Below the pieces are notes generated by a model, which was given only the letters and a program-made list of their open reading frames with translations, made no database searches and was not told the DNA's origin. A DNA stretch of 64,000 bases from Thermodesulfobacteriota bacterium. GTDB taxonomy: Bacteria; Desulfobacterota; Desulfarculia; JACQYL01. Positions 60,661-64,000 of the stretch are shown one piece after another. The position numbers and the translations under genes are program-made. Each line of letters opens with the position of its first letter. Positions within the stretch are counted from its first letter, which is position 1. The stretch is from NCBI GenBank assembly GCA_963675595.2, contig CAXXLZ010000002.1:2144001-2208000 (forward strand). Reading direction: 5' to 3'.

Positions 60661-63600
60661 CTATCTTGGAATTCCCACCTCGACGCGGTGTTCCTTCTGG
60701 TCGTCAACGAGCGTGATGGTCTTATCGGGTTGCTCAATGCCATCCACGCTCACGCGCATCTCATCACTCCCCGCGGGCGTTTGCAGGACGTCGATGTGGT
60801 AGACGGTCTCCCGATACCGGTAGTGCATCTTGAACCCCTCCCAATCCGCAGGGAGGCACGGCGTAAAACGCAGTTTATCCACTTCAAGTCTGAGCCCCAA
60901 AAGTGATTCAACGATAAGCCGATACATCCAGCCGGCCGAGCCCGTGTACCATGTCCAGCCGCCACGGCCGGTATGCGGCGGTAGCGCATAGACGTCGGCG
61001 GCAACGACGTACGGTTCCACTTGGTAGGTGGCGGTCTCCTCAATCGATCTCGCATGGTTTACCGGGTTGATCATCGAAAAGAGCTCCCACGCACGCCGGT
61101 TGTCCCCCAATCGGGCGAAGGCCATTGCCGCCCAGATGGCCGCATGCGTGTACTGCCCGCCGTTTTCTCTAACTCCTGGGACGTACCCTTTGATGTAGCC
61201 GGGATTCAGCGCCGACTTATCGAAGGGCGGATCCAGAAGTTGAATCAGTCCGTGCTGGCGCCGAACGAGGCGCTCATCCACCGCTTCCATGGCCATGCGA
61301 GAACGCTCATGATCTCCCGCACCCGAAAGAACGGACCAGCTCTGCGCAATCGAAGCAATCCGGCATTCGGGGTTGGCTGACGATCCAAGCGGAGAACCGT
61401 CATCGAAGTAGGCGCGGCGGTACCACTCCCCGTCCCAGCCATGCCTCTCGATATTGCGGCGCAGCCCTGCCCCCTCCTTTACGCAACGCTCGGCGAAAGA
61501 CGCGTCGCCGTGTATTCGGGCGACCTTAGTGAAGCGCATGAGCACCTCATATAGGAAGAATCCCAACCACACACTTTCGCCTTTGCCGTCTTCGCCCACC
61601 AGGTTCATGCCGTCGTTCCAGTCGCCGGAGCCCATGAAGGGAAGGCCGCGCTCACCAAACCTGAGACCTCTGCGGATGGCTCGCACACAGTGTTCGTACA
61701 AAGTGGCCGATTCTTCGGACCGGTCGGGCAGATCGTAATAAGACTCTTCATCGGTCTTTACCGGGCGGCCCTGGATAAAGTGGACGGGCTCGTCCAACAC
61801 GCCGGTGTCCCCGGTGGTGAGGACATAGCGGCAGGTCGTGAGCGGCAGCCAGAGGTAATCGTCCGAACAGCGCGTCCGCACCCCTCGACCCGTTGGAGGA
61901 TGCCACCAATGCTGAACATCTCCCTCCGGGAATTGGCGGGCAGCGCACAGGAGCAGGTGCTCGCGCACGAGATGCGGCCTGGCGTGGATGAGTGCCATTA
62001 CGTCCTGCAACTGATCGCGGAAACCAAAGGCGCCTCCCGACTGGTAGGTTGCGCTTCGCGCCCAAAGGCGGCACCCCAGGGTCTGGTACAAGAGCCAGCC
62101 GTTGGCCAGCACGTTGAGGGCCGGGTCGGGTGTTTCCACATTTACCTCGCCGAGGGTGTGCGTCCAGTGTTGCCACACCCCATCGAGGGCCTCGCGCGCA
62201 GCGGTTGATCCTCGAAAGTGATTGACCAGGTTTCTGGCATCTTCGGCGTCTCGCCCGACGCCGAGCCTAAAGACAATCTCACGCTCTTGGCCGGCGGCCA
62301 GATCGAAGCTCACCTGGATCGCGGCGCAGGGATCCAGGGCGGCCCCCGCCTTGCCGGAAAGGCGTATGCGCGTCATCGCGGCCGGAGCGCGCAACGTACC
62401 GTTACGCCCCAAAAATTCAGTCCGATTGCCGGTTGCTGTACAAGTCGTATCGTCTACGTCGAAGAACGCAACCCGGGCGCTGAACTCCGTGTTATAAGGG
62501 TTCCGAGCAAACAATGTGCCGGTATTCGGGTCAATTTCGGTGATCACGTGCATGCTTGATTTCGGCCGCAGGTCGCCAAGCACCCATTCCGCGTATCCGG
62601 TAGCGGAGAGTCGACGGGGTCGCTCCGTGACGTTTTGCACTTTGAGCACCGCAAACTTGATTGCTGCGTCCATGGCCACGTAAACCCACAGCTCGGAGCG
62701 GATGCCGCGCTCGGTGTGTTCGAAGACGCTGTAACCGAATCCGTGCCGGGTGACGTACGGCGTTGCCCCGCGGCAGGGCAGCGGTGTCGGGGACCAGAAG
62801 TGGCCGCGCTCTTCATCACGGAGGTAAACCGCCTCTCCGCTCGAATCACTGACGGGATCATTCCCCCAGGGCGTGAGGCGGAACTCGTGGGCATTCTCGC
62901 TCCAGGTATAGGCCGACCCGCTCTCTGAAATGACGGTTCCGAAATGCGGGTTGGCCAGCACATTCACCCACGGGGCCGGTGTCACCTGCCCATGCGCGGT
63001 GGTAATGACATACTCGCGCCCATCCGGTGTGAATCCGCCCACCCCGTTGAAAAACGTCAGATCGTGGCGAGGCAATGCGGACACTGCCGGGGGTTTGGAA
63101 CGGTGGGTTCGGGTCGGCGTAAGAAGCGGTATAGCAGTCTCCACCAGACTGCGCCGGTTAATCTGGTCTGCCAGGGACTCCCGACTGTCGGTGAATATGG
63201 CGCGAGCGACCGTTTGGATCAGGATGCGGTCCTCCTCCGATATATGTTCAACAGATCTTACGAAAATGCCGGCCGGCCGATCGGTTAGCCTGGGTTCGGT
63301 GCCTGCGTTGATGCACCCCATGATCTGGTCGTGAAGAAGTTGCCGGTAACCGGCGTGATCTTCGTTCCAGATCACCAGGTCCACTTCCAGTCCCTTCAAA
63401 CGCCAGTAGGCGTGAGCCTGAACGAGCTGGCGCACCAGATCGATATTGGCCGGATCTTCGATCTGCAGCAGCACAATCGGCAGATCGCCGGAAATGGCGT
63501 ATCCCCAGAGACCGGATTGTCCCCGGTGGTTCTTGATGATGACGCTCGGGTCGACTCGCAGCGAAGCATTGGAGTATATGATCGAACCGGCTATGCGTCC

Positions 63601-64000
63601 ATAGAGTTGTGCATCGGCCGCTGAGGCGTTCAATTGGCGCAGCAGCACCTGGCCATGGGTCCATGCCAGACCGAAGACGCGATCCGCGAGGCGCCGATCC
63701 TGGTATTTTTCCACAAGGCGTAGCGCTGCATCGCGGGTTTCGGCGATGCCGGAGACCATGTTTATCGTTGCCGATTCTTCGGGATCCAGCGTTATCCGAT
63801 AGCGGATGGCGACAATCGGATCGAGCACGGAGCCCTCGCTGCCCGAAAGCGCCTCGCTAACAAAACCAGCGCCTCCGGTCAGCGCCTGAGGATCGGCAAC
63901 GGTGTTTCCGCGGCCGATGAACTGCATGCGATCAGTCTCATAGGAGACTTCTCCGATCTCCGCCCCGTGTGCGGCCATCAGGTGCAGCATCCAGGGCGCC
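60661..64000 (-). CDS. ndvB: GH94-domain protein, probably the C-terminal part of cyclic beta-1,2-glucan synthase (Cgs/NdvB); 5' part outside the window
   Basis: GSVLDP, LWGYAISGDLPI, TPAPWVNV, YQSGGAFGFRDQLQD, GDWNDGM, ENGGQYTH, WYTGSAGW. The ORF is open to the window edge. Confidence 0.88.
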   Translation of the reverse strand, partial: APWMLHLMAAHGAEIGEVSYETDRMQFIGRGNTVADPQALTGGAGFVSEALSGSEGSVLDPIVAIRYRITLDPEESATINMVSGIAETRDAALRLVEKYQDRRLADRVFGLAWTHGQVLLRQLNASAADAQLYGRIAGSIIYSNASLRVDPSVIIKNHRGQSGLWGYAISGDLPIVLLQIEDPANIDLVRQLVQAHAYWRLKGLEVDLVIWNEDHAGYRQLLHDQIMGCINAGTEPRLTDRPAGIFVRSVEHISEEDRILIQTVARAIFTDSRESLADQINRRSLVETAIPLLTPTRTHRSKPPAVSALPRHDLTFFNGVGGFTPDGREYVITTAHGQVTPAPWVNVLANPHFGTVISESGSAYTWSENAHEFRLTPWGNDPVSDSSGEAVYLRDEERGHFWSPTPLPCRGATPYVTRHGFGYSVFEHTERGIRSELWVYVAMDAAIKFAVLKVQNVTERPRRLSATGYAEWVLGDLRPKSSMHVITEIDPNTGTLFARNPYNTEFSARVAFFDVDDTTCTATGNRTEFLGRNGTLRAPAAMTRIRLSGKAGAALDPCAAIQVSFDLAAGQEREIVFRLGVGRDAEDARNLVNHFRGSTAAREALDGVWQHWTHTLGEVNVETPDPALNVLANGWLLYQTLGCRLWARSATYQSGGAFGFRDQLQDVMALIHARPHLVREHLLLCAARQFPEGDVQHWWHPPTGRGVRTRCSDDYLWLPLTTCRYVLTTGDTGVLDEPVHFIQGRPVKTDEESYYDLPDRSEESATLYEHCVRAIRRGLRFGERGLPFMGSGDWNDGMNLVGEDGKGESVWLGFFLYEVLMRFTKVARIHGDASFAERCVKEGAGLRRNIERHGWDGEWYRRAYFDDGSPLGSSANPECRIASIAQSWSVLSGAGDHERSRMAMEAVDERLVRRQHGLIQLLDPPFDKSALNPGYIKGYVPGVRENGGQYTHAAIWAAMAFARLGDNRRAWELFSMINPVNHARSIEETATYQVEPYVVAADVYALPPHTGRGGWTWYTGSAGWMYRLIVESLLGLRLEVDKLRFTPCLPADWEGFKMHYRYRETVYHIDVLQTPAGSDEMRVSVDGIEQPDKTITLVDDQKEHRVEVGIPR

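Noticed and set aside
1-64000. CRISPR array, rRNA, prophage or integrase
   Set aside because: No regularly spaced repeats, rRNA signatures, phage genes or tyrosine/serine recombinase were seen.

Overview
GC-rich bacterial DNA whose gene set points to an anaerobic Desulfobacterota (deltaproteobacterial) chromosome (inference). From left to right: (1) 1-8.5 kb, a minus-strand locus with two apparently cytoplasmic molybdopterin oxidoreductases, one fused to a TorD/DmsD chaperone, plus a two-H-box sensor kinase, a His-rich membrane protein and two stand-alone receivers. (2) 8.8-27 kb, metabolic and housekeeping genes, including a PlsA/PlsR-like activase/dehydratase pair, rne, ihf, a sigma-54-type porin promoter and a 1049-aa PHP-like membrane protein. 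(3) 27.9-36.3 kb, a Type I restriction-modification cassette (hsdM-hsdS-[frameshifted AlbA_2/Schlafen-HATPase gene]-hsdR). (4) 36.5-49 kb, core genes (tandem-duplicated eukaryote-type pfk, ilvE, recR-ybaB-dnaX, tRNA-Ser(GGA), ssb) and a MITE-like element. (5) 49.5-64 kb, a general/osmotic stress island (LapA, lmo0937, CsbD, BON, DUF3309, DUF2141, cyclic beta-1,2-glucan synthase-like) hit by four IS copies and partly pseudogenised. Several real genes are missing from the ORF track: the edge-truncated Mo enzyme and four proteins under 60 aa. No CRISPR array or rRNA was seen. Family calls come from motif recognition by eye; no database search was run.
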